Positions 11,480 through 22,908 of a DNA stretch of 64,000 nt are shown here, piece after piece. A program made the translations under genes and the position numbers. The stretch spans positions 57,846,001 to 57,910,000 of the forward strand of contig OZ287753.1 in assembly GCA_965649765.1 (NCBI GenBank). The letters run 5' to 3'. The first letter of the stretch is position 1. Every line of letters starts with the position of its first letter. The notes below the pieces were generated by a model. It was not told where the DNA came from and ran no database searches. It saw only the letters and a program-made list of their open reading frames with translations. This DNA comes from Bispira polyomma (taxonomy: Eukaryota).

Positions 11480-12745
11480 GGTTCCCCCTGACAGGTGCTT
11501 TTTCCTAGTTTGGCCCTACTGGGAATATCCTCCCTCATGCCTCATATTTGCGGTTGAATCTCTTTACAGGTGATATGTTTAATGGATATATAAGTCCTGT
11601 ATAAGCATGCAGACATTTGACCTTAAATCTCTTCATTTAAGGTCATTGACAGAGTGTCAAAGTACCCGAAGTGACCGATTTGGGCCAAACTTAAAAGTGC
11701 CTATATCTCGCCTAATATTGGTCGTAGATGTTTGGGATCTGAACCCAACCTATAAGAAATCATGAGCATGAAATCTTTTGATGTGCTTAGATTTTACCGT
11801 GGGCCTCTCTTTCAAGGTCAAACAGGGATGGCCAAACTTAAAAGTGGCTATATCTCACTTATTTTTGGGATATTAAACCAATCTATAGGAAAACATGGCC
11901 TGGGAATCCTTTGATGAGGTTCGATTTGTTTTTGGGCCCCTCGTTTAAGGTCAAATGCGGATGGCCAACTTAAAAGTGCCTATATCTCACTTATTATTGG
12001 TCCTAGATGTTTGGAATATGAAACCCGTAGGAAATCAAGTCCTGGGAATCTTTTAAAATGGTTTGATTTGACCTTGGGCTCCTCGTTCAAGGACAGCCTT
12101 GGTCAAAATTAAAAGTGCCAATATCTCGCTTATTATTAGTCGTGGAGGTTCAGGATGTGAAACCAACCTATAGGTAATCATGGGCTGGTAATCTTTTGCT
12201 GTGGTCAGATTTGACCTTGGACCCCTCATTTAAGGTCAAATGGGTAGGCCAAACTGTGCCTATCTTACACTTATTATGGGGCCGCGGTGGCCTAGTGGTT
12301 AGCAAGCATTGCGCTTCACAATCACTGGTCTTTCACCTCTGGGCGGCGTGAGTTCGAATCCCGTCGATGCCTATGTGGGAAAGGTGGTAGTTCCTTACTG
12401 TGGGCCGCTGGTTTCAGTGCAGAACCTTGACCGACTATATGCAGTGTTTCCGCTAGCGTTTCCAACTAACTGTCCCAATATAACCTACTAAAAGGTACTA
12501 AAGTGGACATTAAATACCCAAATTCAAATTCAAACTCACCCTTATTATTGGTCCCACAGGTTTGCACTGTGAAATCCACTTGTGCCATTTAAGGCTTTAG
12601 CATAAATGCCCTATAGAAAATCATAGGCTTCTAGCTTGGGTGCTAGCTAGGGTGCATGCTACCTAAGGTGCTTGGTACCTAGGGTGTTTTGTCTTTCTGG
12701 TGGATACAAATATGCATTGGTTCTCCAATGAGCTAGGTCTAGTTA
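11480..12745. mobile_element. Helentron-type non-autonomous element carrying ~4.5 tandem ~140-bp units, interrupted by a SINE
   Basis: GCCAAACTTAAAAGTG-like anchors at ~11684, 11831, 11964, 12101 and 12248. Each unit has (T)GACCTT...AAGGTCA inverted motifs. Ends ...GGTCTAGTT. Absent from copy B. Classification is inference. Confidence 0.6.
12278..12534 (+). mobile_element. Full-length tRNA-derived SINE (family 1)
   Basis: A box TGGCCTAGTGG, B box GAGTTCGAATCC, (CAAATT)n tail; degenerate TSD cttacacttattat / ctcacccttattat. Confidence 0.92.
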
Positions 12746-12917
12746 ACTTATGGCCTTTAAAATATGTTTAAATATAATTTTCGTTTAGTGTGACCATTAA
12801 GTGCCACTATGGGGACACCATGGTGCTTTGAAGTTACAATTAACAAATAATATAATTCAAGGTATAATGGTATTGTCGGGAGAAAGGTGCATCATGTTGC
12901 CTCGGTTTTTTGGGTTC

Positions 12918-13111
12918 AGAATACAGTTATAAATATCTTGTAACTCTGTTCATGTAAGTTAATACAGTAAGAAAGAATACAGTTATAAAGGTGCTGTAAC
13001 CTCTTCTTGTTAATGCTACTCTCTTCATATAAGTTAATACAGTTATAAAGAATACAGTTATAAGGATGTTGTAACCTTTTCTTGTCAATGCTACTCTCTT
13101 CATGTAAGTTT
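12918..13111 (+). repeat. Local tandem repeat (~75-bp unit containing AATACAGTTATAA)
   Basis: AGAATACAGTTATAA...CTCT(G/C)TTCAT(G/A)TAAGTT repeated about 2.5 times. Confidence 0.75.
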
Positions 13112-13199
13112 TTAGTTAAGGGTGAAATTATCTACCCTTTTTGGTAAATATAGTGTTGAAGTTTAGCTTTAGACTTTCTCAATTAAGCTGTTCTACTGG

Positions 13200-13781
13200 T
13201 AGCGTTTCAGATACTTATCTGTAAACTCCGCCCACCTGCGCAGTAACAGAGATACTTAACTATTATGGTACCAGTCGCACAGGAAAGATAAGTATCTACA
13301 AACGAAGGCAAACGGAAATTGACAAAGAACAGACTCGAACTATACCACATGCATGATGGACGATATAGCAATATTTTATATACAAAACAATATTTTAATA
13401 AATGCTAACCTATTTGATTAATTTTGCATCCATATAATATACTTATTCAAGAAAATATATGTACATTTAATAGAATATTTACTTCTATTTTCATCATTAT
13501 ATAAAACGTAACACATGGTGGTCACCCAGTCAAAAATCAAAGACAACTAAATATCCTTATATGGAAGTTAATACTTTAGAGTGCTCTCCACTGAAACCTA
13601 TCAAAACCTGATATTTGCAAGGCAGTCACGTGATTTATTTAGAAAGTTAACCAACGAGATATGTGTATAACTTTGGTACTTATCTTTTTTGGGGATGTTG
13701 TCCAGACGAACAGTGAGAGATACTTATCTTTCTTTCAGATTAAATAAGATAAGTATCTTTGTTACCAGTCGAACGTGCCTA
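13200..13781. mobile_element. Probable DNA-transposon remnant with AGATACTTATCT / AGATAAGTATCT subterminal motifs
   Basis: Motif clustered in both orientations near both ends (13209-13298, 13718-13758); segment absent from copy B. Confidence 0.5.
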
Positions 13782-14454
13782 ATGTCTTGTTATTGGTTAC
13801 ATTTTGAGATTCTTATTGTCGCCATATGGTGACATGATTGCTGTCCATTGGTTGTACTTTAAAAGCAAACAAACTCAAAAGCTCAACTAAAATTTAAGCT
13901 TAAATTCACATTTCTGTGGTTAAAGTGAAGTTAAAAAACCATTACTGCATATTTGGAGTCAGCATTAAGTGCCCATCTAAAATAAATGGGCACTTAATGT
14001 TACAAATATAGGTTATTTCTGTATAGAGGGACTTAATGCTAATAATTTAATGTGCATTAATTGTTATAGTCTTAATTTTGGTTAAATCTAAGTTTAAGCT
14101 TACGTGTTTTTTTTTTCTCTTTTTTGTGATCACTTGATTGATGTATTAATTTAACTTTTTATCTTGTAGTTTGTAGTATATATTCACTGGGGTAGGGAAA
14201 TTTTAATACTGTATGTTTTTGTGCGGTTTTAACTGCATGTCACCGTAATAAACAGAATAAAAAAATAATTCTCATATTAGCTTCAACTGCAATAACTTAA
14301 TTGGTTTTTGGTACTTTGTATTAGGCACAGCCTGGTAATGTTTTCACTCTGTAAAAGGTGCAGTCATGTTTTAAATAGTATGTAAGGCCTTCATGGATTG
14401 GTTGGAAGCAAGCCAAACTTGGGGATGTTAGATCAATATTTTACATTTTCTGTA

Positions 14455-17400
14455 TTAATCTATTCACTTGAAGTCTCGACATGAAGTTTTTAACTGTTTG
14501 TGTATTGTTTTAGTTCCATTTTAAGAGGGTTTTTTCAGTAAGAAGCAACAATAAGTCAAATTTAATTAAAAATTGAACAAAAATAAATTCTATTAAAAAA
14601 TCATTCTTACCAATGACCAAGTTGTAACTGTACAAACAGATTCAATGATTTCATCTGTAACCTTTTAAAGGGGTTGAGTAAATTTGTATTACTGTGAGTG
14701 AAAGCCAGATATTACAGTGATTTTGAAATGTGTGGAAATGTTAATTTAACATTAAACGAACTAAAATGACACACTGTTTCATTATCATATTCAAAAACGT
14801 TTTCATAGGTTCTATTCCTTGTATAGCATAGGGCTTTGTTGGTGTAGAGTTCCAGGTGAGAGGAGAGCTTATAGGTGTTTTATGGAATGTGTAGGACCAC
14901 TCACCCAGCAGTTGCTAACCTGGTGAATAATGTGTGTTTATTACATATGAAATGTAAAATAATAGCATAAAATAATATAATGTATATATTAATATACTAT
15001 GTACTATATATTTCTGTTCCAGTGTTCACCATGTTTCCGTTTTTTAAGTTTCACCCTTGTTTGTTTGGTTCTTTTGGCTTACTTAAAGATTAAACAAAAA
15101 ACTATTGTACCTAGTAACATTAACTTTGGTGGAGCAGATCAGGTTAGAAAAGTGGACCCTAGTTTGTTTTTTTACACAATTTGATAATGTTCTGCCTCGG
15201 CGGAAGTATGTACTCGACCGATTGCCTTCTTAGTTTATGAGTATATATTATAGAGCACTACTACAGTTTACAACTACAATCTAACTCAGTCTGGATTTAT
15301 GGCTAGGATCAATCTCACATGCCAGCATCCAAAGCATCAGAGATGTGAGCCAGCATCAGCAGGGCAGGAAGCAATGTCAAGTAAGTATAAGTGAGCCAGG
15401 CAATCTATGATGTGTGAAAGTTTATAAGCAAGTAGAAGGAGGCATGGTACAGGTAAGCTCTATATGAAGTCATAACTTTGTGTATGTGAACATCAATTTA
15501 AAGTAATCACCATATATAACAGCTTTGGGAATTTTATTTTAGTATTTTTTACACATGGTTCAAAATGTACATGACTCTACTTGGTTAGTCTATTCTGTTA
15601 ATATAATTATATTCCTTTACATTAAAGTGTGTCCGTGTAGGCATACATGAGGTCATTATGGCTAGCAAGTTCAACCTCAATACCCTAAAAAGACAACTAA
15701 TCTGGCAGTCCAAGCACAACTCCCACCAACAGAGGTAAAACTCCCAACCAATTCTGGAAATATCAGATGAAAGCCAGCATCTTGTACATCTCCAAGTACA
15801 TTCAAGAAATATTAGAACTCCAGCATCTTATAATAAGTAAAGCTGGCTTCTGTCGACCTCCAGTTTGTTCTCCATCTTTGTGGATATATATTTACCTCAG
15901 ATACAAAAGGACATATAGTTTAACAACAGGGAACTATTGGAATATTTTTAGGGGCTTCTGCTAGCTGACCATACTCCACACTGACCATGCTTGGCAGTTT
16001 GTGTAGTTAGAGAAAACATCACACATTCCACTGATCAGAAACCGCCACATGTACAGCAAGGCAGAACATCACCCCATAGTTAATCAATCATAACCCGCCA
16101 CCTGTGCCCATCAATTCTCTTGAACATTATTATACATATTAAACCGTCAGCCAAAACTTACAACCATCCACCAACTAAGGCCACACCAAACAACTGCTAA
16201 AAGTAGGCAAAACACCCAAGATTCTTAATTCAACTGAACAGTGGTCCCGACCACAACCACACATATATTTTACATGATTCAAATGCAACCAATGCAAACA
16301 TCAATATTTTTCACATAACACACACCACATTTCAATATGATAAACATATGTATATATAGTAAATATTTACTTCTTTACATAACCAAACTTAGGTCATTAT
16401 TGACTAGAAGAAATACAAGGCATTAATGGATGTAGAACTACTATAATTGCAGAGTATAATTTTGCTGTGTCTAAATGTACCAATCACCCATTAGCCCACA
16501 TACTTTATACAGGGTGTGGTATTCTCAGATGACTTAAATCATTGCAGTCACAAAATACTATATAGTGAATGATCCCATTGATTACTCAGCCCACGATCCC
16601 CTTTCTTCCTAAAACCAAATCCCAGAGTCTATTTCAAATAGAGTGTTGTTACGCTCACGGGAGCAAGCGCGGTAGCAATTACCGGTTGCTTTGAGGTTGT
16701 AACAGGAAAAGACAAAAAAGTTTCACTTAATAAATTTATTTAACAAATAACAATTACAGAATTACAGAATTATAGTCAATTGAGATACCCTTAAGTTCAT
16801 ACAATAATACAATAATGAAACCAATCTGACCTGACCACAGTCCTGTCCACATAAATAACAGTTAAACAAGTTTGTCCACTGTATCCAGCAATCTGTCTTG
16901 AGATCCACTCAGTGTCCACACAATGCTTGTATCCTGTTATCCGTTTGGTGTCCACGAACACAAAATGTATTTTTCCAGAGAGTCTGCACAACTAAGCTAT
17001 CCAATCCAGGATGCAAAAATATCCAATATGCAGTAAATCCAATCCCTGGTAGATCCACAACTTTTATCTAATTCACTCCAATGAGTTCACCACAAAAACA
17101 TATGTAGTAATCAGTTTATATCCACAGGAAAAGAAATAAAATGTTTCACAGTATAGCAGTTTGTATAGCTCATCAACTCAATAATCTCTGGTCTGTGGCC
17201 AGGCTGTCAACCCTTATATATACAACTGCTAGAGAAGGCTCTAGAATATGTAAGCAATCGCTAGAACATTCCAGAGATGAGATACACATATGAACACACA
17301 ACAGAAACAAAATAGAAACAGCTTCTAGAAGCTTAGAGGTTTCCCCAAATCTATAAATAGATCACTCTAGCAGAGTGCTTTAACATACCACAATGTCCTT

Positions 17401-20400
17401 ATATGTAACAAGTGTATTCTAAAGCCATCTATAAAGTTTTCATCCTATACAAAAGAAACGTATGTTTTTGGATATTTTATATCAAACATTTTTTATGGTT
17501 TTGACAGTAAATTTAAGTCTTGCCAAATCACAACATTGCACTTGAAAATAAAGGTTGGTAGCAAAAACTGGGCTTTAGATTGAGCTCATCTGTAAACGCT
17601 TTCAAAGGACCACCAGTGTTTTGTAATTCAGGGACAGAGATGTCACAAAAACAGACCTAGTCAGGTAGAATTAGATAATTGCTTGATGCTTGCAAGACAT
17701 GTAGAATTCTATACCTGTCTATTAAATGTATCAAATTTCTTGCGAGACACACCCAAAAAGATTCCTCAGAAATTAATTTATCAAGGGACCATCGTCTTTG
17801 ATCAATATTTGATAAATGTTTTATGCTTAATATGTAAAGACGTATCTGATTCAAGGGTTAATGGTTCCTTCATACTTGAACTGTGAATTATCCCATGGGG
17901 TTCTTCAAGAAGGTGAATAATTTATCACATTGCTTATATATTGCTGCCAACTGAGATTATCGGTTTTATTGATGTTGGTGCCTCAAGCAAAGAACACAAA
18001 GGTTATCACTATGTTCTATCTTTCTATGAGAGGAATATTTTAATGGATGATTTTTTTTTTATTTGAGAGAAGAGCAAAGTAACAAATATTTTCATTTATA
18101 GACACGTCATTCAGTGATAACACATTAGCATTTGGCATGTACCTTCGTGGTTCAAATCTCTGCCATGGTGCTTATGTGGAAAACTTGGCAGTGGACTTTT
18201 TTTAAGGCTGGTGGTTTTCCTTTTCTTGACCAACTACCTTTTTGAGATTTCAACCACCAGAAAATGTATCGTTGTGATGTGGCACAAATATGTGTTGAAA
18301 AAAATATTTTCCATCATATACCAATATACTATTTCAAACATAAAAATATATACCACACAGCTACAATATCTGTTCGTCAAAATCTGCTTTCAAGTCTTCT
18401 TGGGTGTGATTATAAGAGATTTTACCTCCAATGATTTAGTGCCAACAATATTAAGAAGTATTTGACGAGAAATAGGAAAAAACAATGGACCATTTTAAAA
18501 GTCCCCTGTAGTTGAAAAGGTAATAACTACAATATTGTAATATCCATTTAAAGAAAAGGATAGCAATGTTTCAGCTTTACAGTTTTTTAACGATTCTGAA
18601 ATAGAACTCTATGACCTTGACCTAGAGACACTGATACAACAGTCAAGTCACACAATACAGTGCTACTGAGCATGTAACTAGACTTGACCCCCCAAAAAGG
18701 GTTTTTGTTCAATGAGATACAAGCTAGTCTATTAAAAACTTTAAAGAAGCTGAAGAATGGAGTTGTTGATCCTACCACAGAGTAATCAGTACATCAAGAG
18801 TAGAGAGTATAATGACTTGACTCCCAACAGATTGCAGTGATTTCCTGAAAATTGCCACTTTCTCAGAGTGATTACATAATGGAAATCAGGACAGGTTTCT
18901 GCGTGATGTGACTTAAACCCAGAGACAAGTTGAAACTGTTTTATACAGTAACAATGAACAGAAAGCACAAAAAACATAGTTGTTGAAGAAAGAGCTGTTG
19001 TTATGTTCTCTTATGTCAGACTGTTGCTGTGTTACTATTAATATGATGGGTTTTTTTTTATTCTGTTTCGAAAAAAATAATATTGTAGCAAAGTTAAGAT
19101 AATTCTCTAAAATTGTCAACAAGTCAACCATTTTTTACATATAGACATGTAAGAAAATAATTAAACTATATGATTGAATTACTAAAAATAAAATTATTGG
19201 TGAATATTTCAGGGATACATGGCAGTTAAACTATGTGATTGCTATATTGTTACAAATGGCCATAACATTTTGGAATGGAATGCCAGTTATTAACTTAATA
19301 AAAATTAAATTACTGTTTGAAAAATTATTGTGAAAAACACAAAACTGCAAATGATAAAAAAAATAATTAAAATACCACTATTACGTTTTCAAAGACAATC
19401 TGTTAAGTTTCTTGTTGTAGAGGACGTAGCTTTGGAAAGCTAATACATAGCAGTGGGAAATATTTTAACAGCTATCCGTATATTAACAATTTTAAGTTTG
19501 ATAAAGTGTAAAAGGACAACTGATATCCGCTAAACATTCTAACCATATTTCTGGCGATTCTTTTCTGGTAATTTAGTTGATGTTAAAATCTTTTTCGGTA
19601 AAAAAAATGGTAAAATCTAAAAATGACTGATGTATGGGGTAAGCTATGGATGCTTAACACTACCAAGAACACCTATATAAATGTCTCTAATGTCAAAATT
19701 TTTCCTTTTAAATCATAAATATCTCAAGTTTGAGTATTAATGTTACAATACTGTCCATATTGAGTCCCTTTAATAGCCCTTTACAAACGAAAAAGACTCG
19801 TTTGGTTGGTAGACTTCGTGTTGTGGGTTGGGAGTGAGAAGATGTGCTATTTTTGAAGCAGTGGAATGATTTTGTCAAGTGTAATTCCATTTGTAAGTGA
19901 TAGTGATCCATTTCAGATGTCAGTCAAGGCCACGTGCTATTGGTTTGATGCTGGAACTGGTAACCAGAATTCTTATTGCAATTACACAAATTAGATTAGT
20001 TTTCCCTTAAAAATGTAGAAGGTTTCAGATAAGTCTCGTGATAAGGAATGTTAGGAACTATTTTTCTATGTTTGTTTGTAGGGGGTAGGAGGGGGGGGGG
20101 GAGGTATTTTTTAGGCAACTGGTTTGTGGTGGGTGTAAATATATATGGTATGATTAGATATTTGTCATCAAGAATTAATGTTTACTGTTTGTTTTCACTC
20201 ATGGTGCCTGTAATAGTTAAGGCTCTCCCTGGATTTCATGGTCAATATCTCAGTATATGGTCAGTATTGCTATTTTAACACAAATATCGGGGTATTAAAT
20301 ATAAAATGACACACTAAATGGGCCAGTGGAACTTCCTTTAGTTTGGAAATATTTTTATTGTTAAATCACTAGCATTAACCATGATGTAATTCATGATAAA

Positions 20401-21320
20401 CAACAACAAAGGGAATCCAAAATACATCGATCCAAAGTTCAATTTGACAGTGGTTCTTTCCTAGTTGGACTCTACCTCATGCTTCGTTCTCATATTATTG
20501 GTGGTATGGTATGTGATACCAGAATGTACTAGAAGGTATTTTAACTTGTCTTTCAAATCAGCAGTTCCATCTAGAGGAATATACTCTCGAAACCGTAAAG
20601 AGTTCCGCCTCGCATGGTCGACTGTAGAAGGTTTGTGAACGCAACTGAAGTTAAGGGAAGTTATAGATAAGGTTCTCCGTGTTACAAAGCGATTTCTCAT
20701 AACTTTGCTTACAACCTCTCCATACCGCCATAGGGGGAACCCCACATAAGTAATATACTCAAGACTCAACTTTCTAGAGATGCTGTTTTCTCTAAATTTT
20801 TTTTCTTTCGTCTTTACTGTTTGCCTGTGATGTTGACCTGTTTCTGCCATTGGCTTATGAGCTTATGTCTTTGGCATATGTTTAAATAGAAGGCCTTTTT
20901 AAATTTCATTTTATTGTGACAATTATGTGCCACTATGGGTACACTATGTTGCCCTGAAGTTTAAATTAACGAATAATATATTTCAAGGTGTAATGGTCTC
21001 GTTGTGAGAAAGGTTGATTATTTATTATAACTGTGTAAAGATTTTCTTCATGTTTTCTGCGGATCAGTTACATTTTCAGATTCTCAATGTCCCCATTTTT
21101 GGTGACTTAATTGCTTTCTTCTGACTGTATTCCCCCCGGCTCAGGATCAAATCCCCATTTCTCTGGTTAGATTGAATTTAAACAAAATCTGTGACTGCAA
21201 ATTTGAAATCAGAATTAGTTCCCTTCTAAAATGGATGGTTACAAATTTAGGGTATTTCTGTAAATAGAGGGACTTCATGTTTATAGCCTTAATGTGGACT
21301 GAATCTATGTTTAACCTTGA
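14455..21320 (+). repeat. Tandem segmental duplication 1, copy B
   Basis: See copy A. B-specific segments: ~15263-16262, solo LTR 16647-17410 and ~20430-20890. Confidence 0.9.
16647..17410 (-). mobile_element. Solo LTR (764 bp), same family as 10661-11439, opposite orientation
   Basis: TGTTAC...GTAACA termini with TSD AGTGT (16642-16646, 17411-17415). Reverse-complement match to 10661-11439, e.g. GGAGCAAGCGCGGTAGCAATTACCGGTTGCTTT. Empty site in copy A at ~5950. Confidence 0.9.
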
Positions 21321-21549
21321 TTTTTTTTTTTTTGTGAGAGAAAAACAAAATATAATTCTCTACGCTACACTGACACTGTTCTAAAAATTTAATTTTTTTT
21401 TTTCTCAAAAGAGTTTCTTTTCCTTTCATGCCTAAAGGTTAACCAGTACAATTTCTAGACTACCTCCTAGATACCCTTTAAACGTCTGCTTAAAATGAGG
21501 TGGAATGAGGTCAATACCTGTATGACTAGCAACAAGTGTTGATATAATT

Positions 21550-22204
21550 TTTTTAGTTAATAATAGGTTCAATAGCAAAATAAACCTTATTTTTCTCTAT
21601 TAAATTATTGATCGCTTTATTTATGGTATAAGACATGACAAACCGTGATATGTAGTAATTGTTACCATGATGGAAGGCGGGCGTGTAGGCTGAGTTTCTG
21701 TCCTCGACAATGCTTTGATTAACTGATGTACGCATGTCAAGGGACAGAGCTCTTTACTGTATCAAATAATTGTAACGGCAGTTTACTATATACTGTACAA
21801 CGGGATATATACGTAAATATTTTCAAATAATTATATTAATTAATCAAGTACTTTTAGGTTGTCCATAAGTTATAACATTTTTGTACGGCTACTGTATAAA
21901 TCAATATTGCCACAAACCTGTCTGTTATATGTGCCGTTACACATTTACAATGATTTAGTATAGCAAAAAGCTCTGTCTCTCGTCATGCATACATCAGTAA
22001 ATCAAAGCATTGTCGAGGACAGAAAATTCGGTCTGGGAGGCGTGGTGATTTGGGTAATAATTTGTTTTTGTTTTGATGATACTTAAATAAAGAATAGAAT
22101 AGAAGCCCAGAAATTGTAAAATGTATTAGAATACGGAAAACTGAGGAGTATACAAAATATAAAAAACCATGATCCATGAACAGTGTATTTCGACTAACTA
22201 AAAT
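21550..22204. mobile_element. Fold-back (palindromic) non-autonomous element
   Basis: ~65-bp inverted arms at 21692-21754 (TTTCTGTCCTCGACAATGCTTTGATT...) and 21966-22030 (...AATCAAAGCATTGTCGAGGACAGAAA). Weak terminal TTTTAGTTA / TAACTAAAA. Confidence 0.65.
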
Positions 22205-22644
22205 CTGAGCTAATAGTTTACTATAAAAATGGTAAACTTTTCACTTACCTGGAAAGTTGAATTAAATCAGCTGCACATTTGTAAAATAATTTTGAGATTT
22301 GCAGGGATCTGGGAATACTGTCATATGTAAATTACATGATCTAGACATGCATGCATATGTCTTCAGTATGAGACAAATTGTATTGCAATTTTCATTATTG
22401 ATGCGAGGCATCTTCAAAAGAGCAACAACAGAATCAGATTTAGATAACAAAAAAAATAAATCCAAGACTAGACTTCTGTTTAATGCACACCTGATACATG
22501 ACCAAAACTATTTAGTTTCATTCAAAGTCTCTATAAAGCACATAACCTCATAACAAGCATCATTGTAATCGCAATCAGATTTATATCTACCATCATCTGG
22601 TATTCAAAGTGCTAATTAACGCTTTCCTGACTGCAACAGTCAAC

Positions 22645-22908
22645 TGCCTCAGTTTACTGTCATTCCCCTACCTGAAGAGAGAGGTTTGAGGATCACCATT
22701 TATCAACCTCGCCAAGGATCTTTAGCCTGCCACTGGGAATAGGACCCAGTTTAAAGTGGTCATCTAAGCCACTAGGTAAATGTGTGTACACATCTTTCCT
22801 AAGGAAAAGATGTTATACCACGAACGAAACTAGTGGCCGGTACCGGGAATAGATCGCAGGACCTTCTGATCATCAGACCAACTCCCTAACCACTAGGCCA
22901 CGGGGACC
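22645..22908 (-). mobile_element. tRNA-derived SINE family 2 with a Deu/Nin-like central domain
   Basis: Minus strand begins GGTCCCCGTGGCCTAGTGGTTAGG (A box), has a degenerate B box, then GATGACCAC...GGTCC...GGCAGGCTAAAGATCCTTG. Related copies at ~26245-26415 and ~51614-51891. Confidence 0.7.

Larger units (their letters stand above)
4860..14070 (+). repeat. Tandem segmental duplication 1, copy A (paralog of ~14455-21320)
   Basis: Colinear matching anchors: 4868 CTATTCACTTGAAG ~14460; 5764-5948 ~16453-16638; 6343 ~17777; 8510 ~18170; 9130 ~18780; 10030 ~19785; 12795 ~20920; 14000 ~21240. Confidence 0.9.

Noticed and set aside
12278-12365. tRNA gene (also 61556, 52996, 22830)
   Set aside because: A/B boxes continue into a shared body, repeat tail and TSDs, so these are SINE heads rather than tRNA genes.
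12309-12491. Recurrent 60-aa ORF MRFTITGLSPLGG... (also 38266, 61588)
   Set aside because: It recurs only because it lies within SINE copies, and it starts at TTG.
22243-22465. Perfect minus-strand donor CAG/GTAAGT at 22249 as an exon of another gene
   Set aside because: No recognisable coding frame or partner exons; isolated consensus matches are expected by chance.
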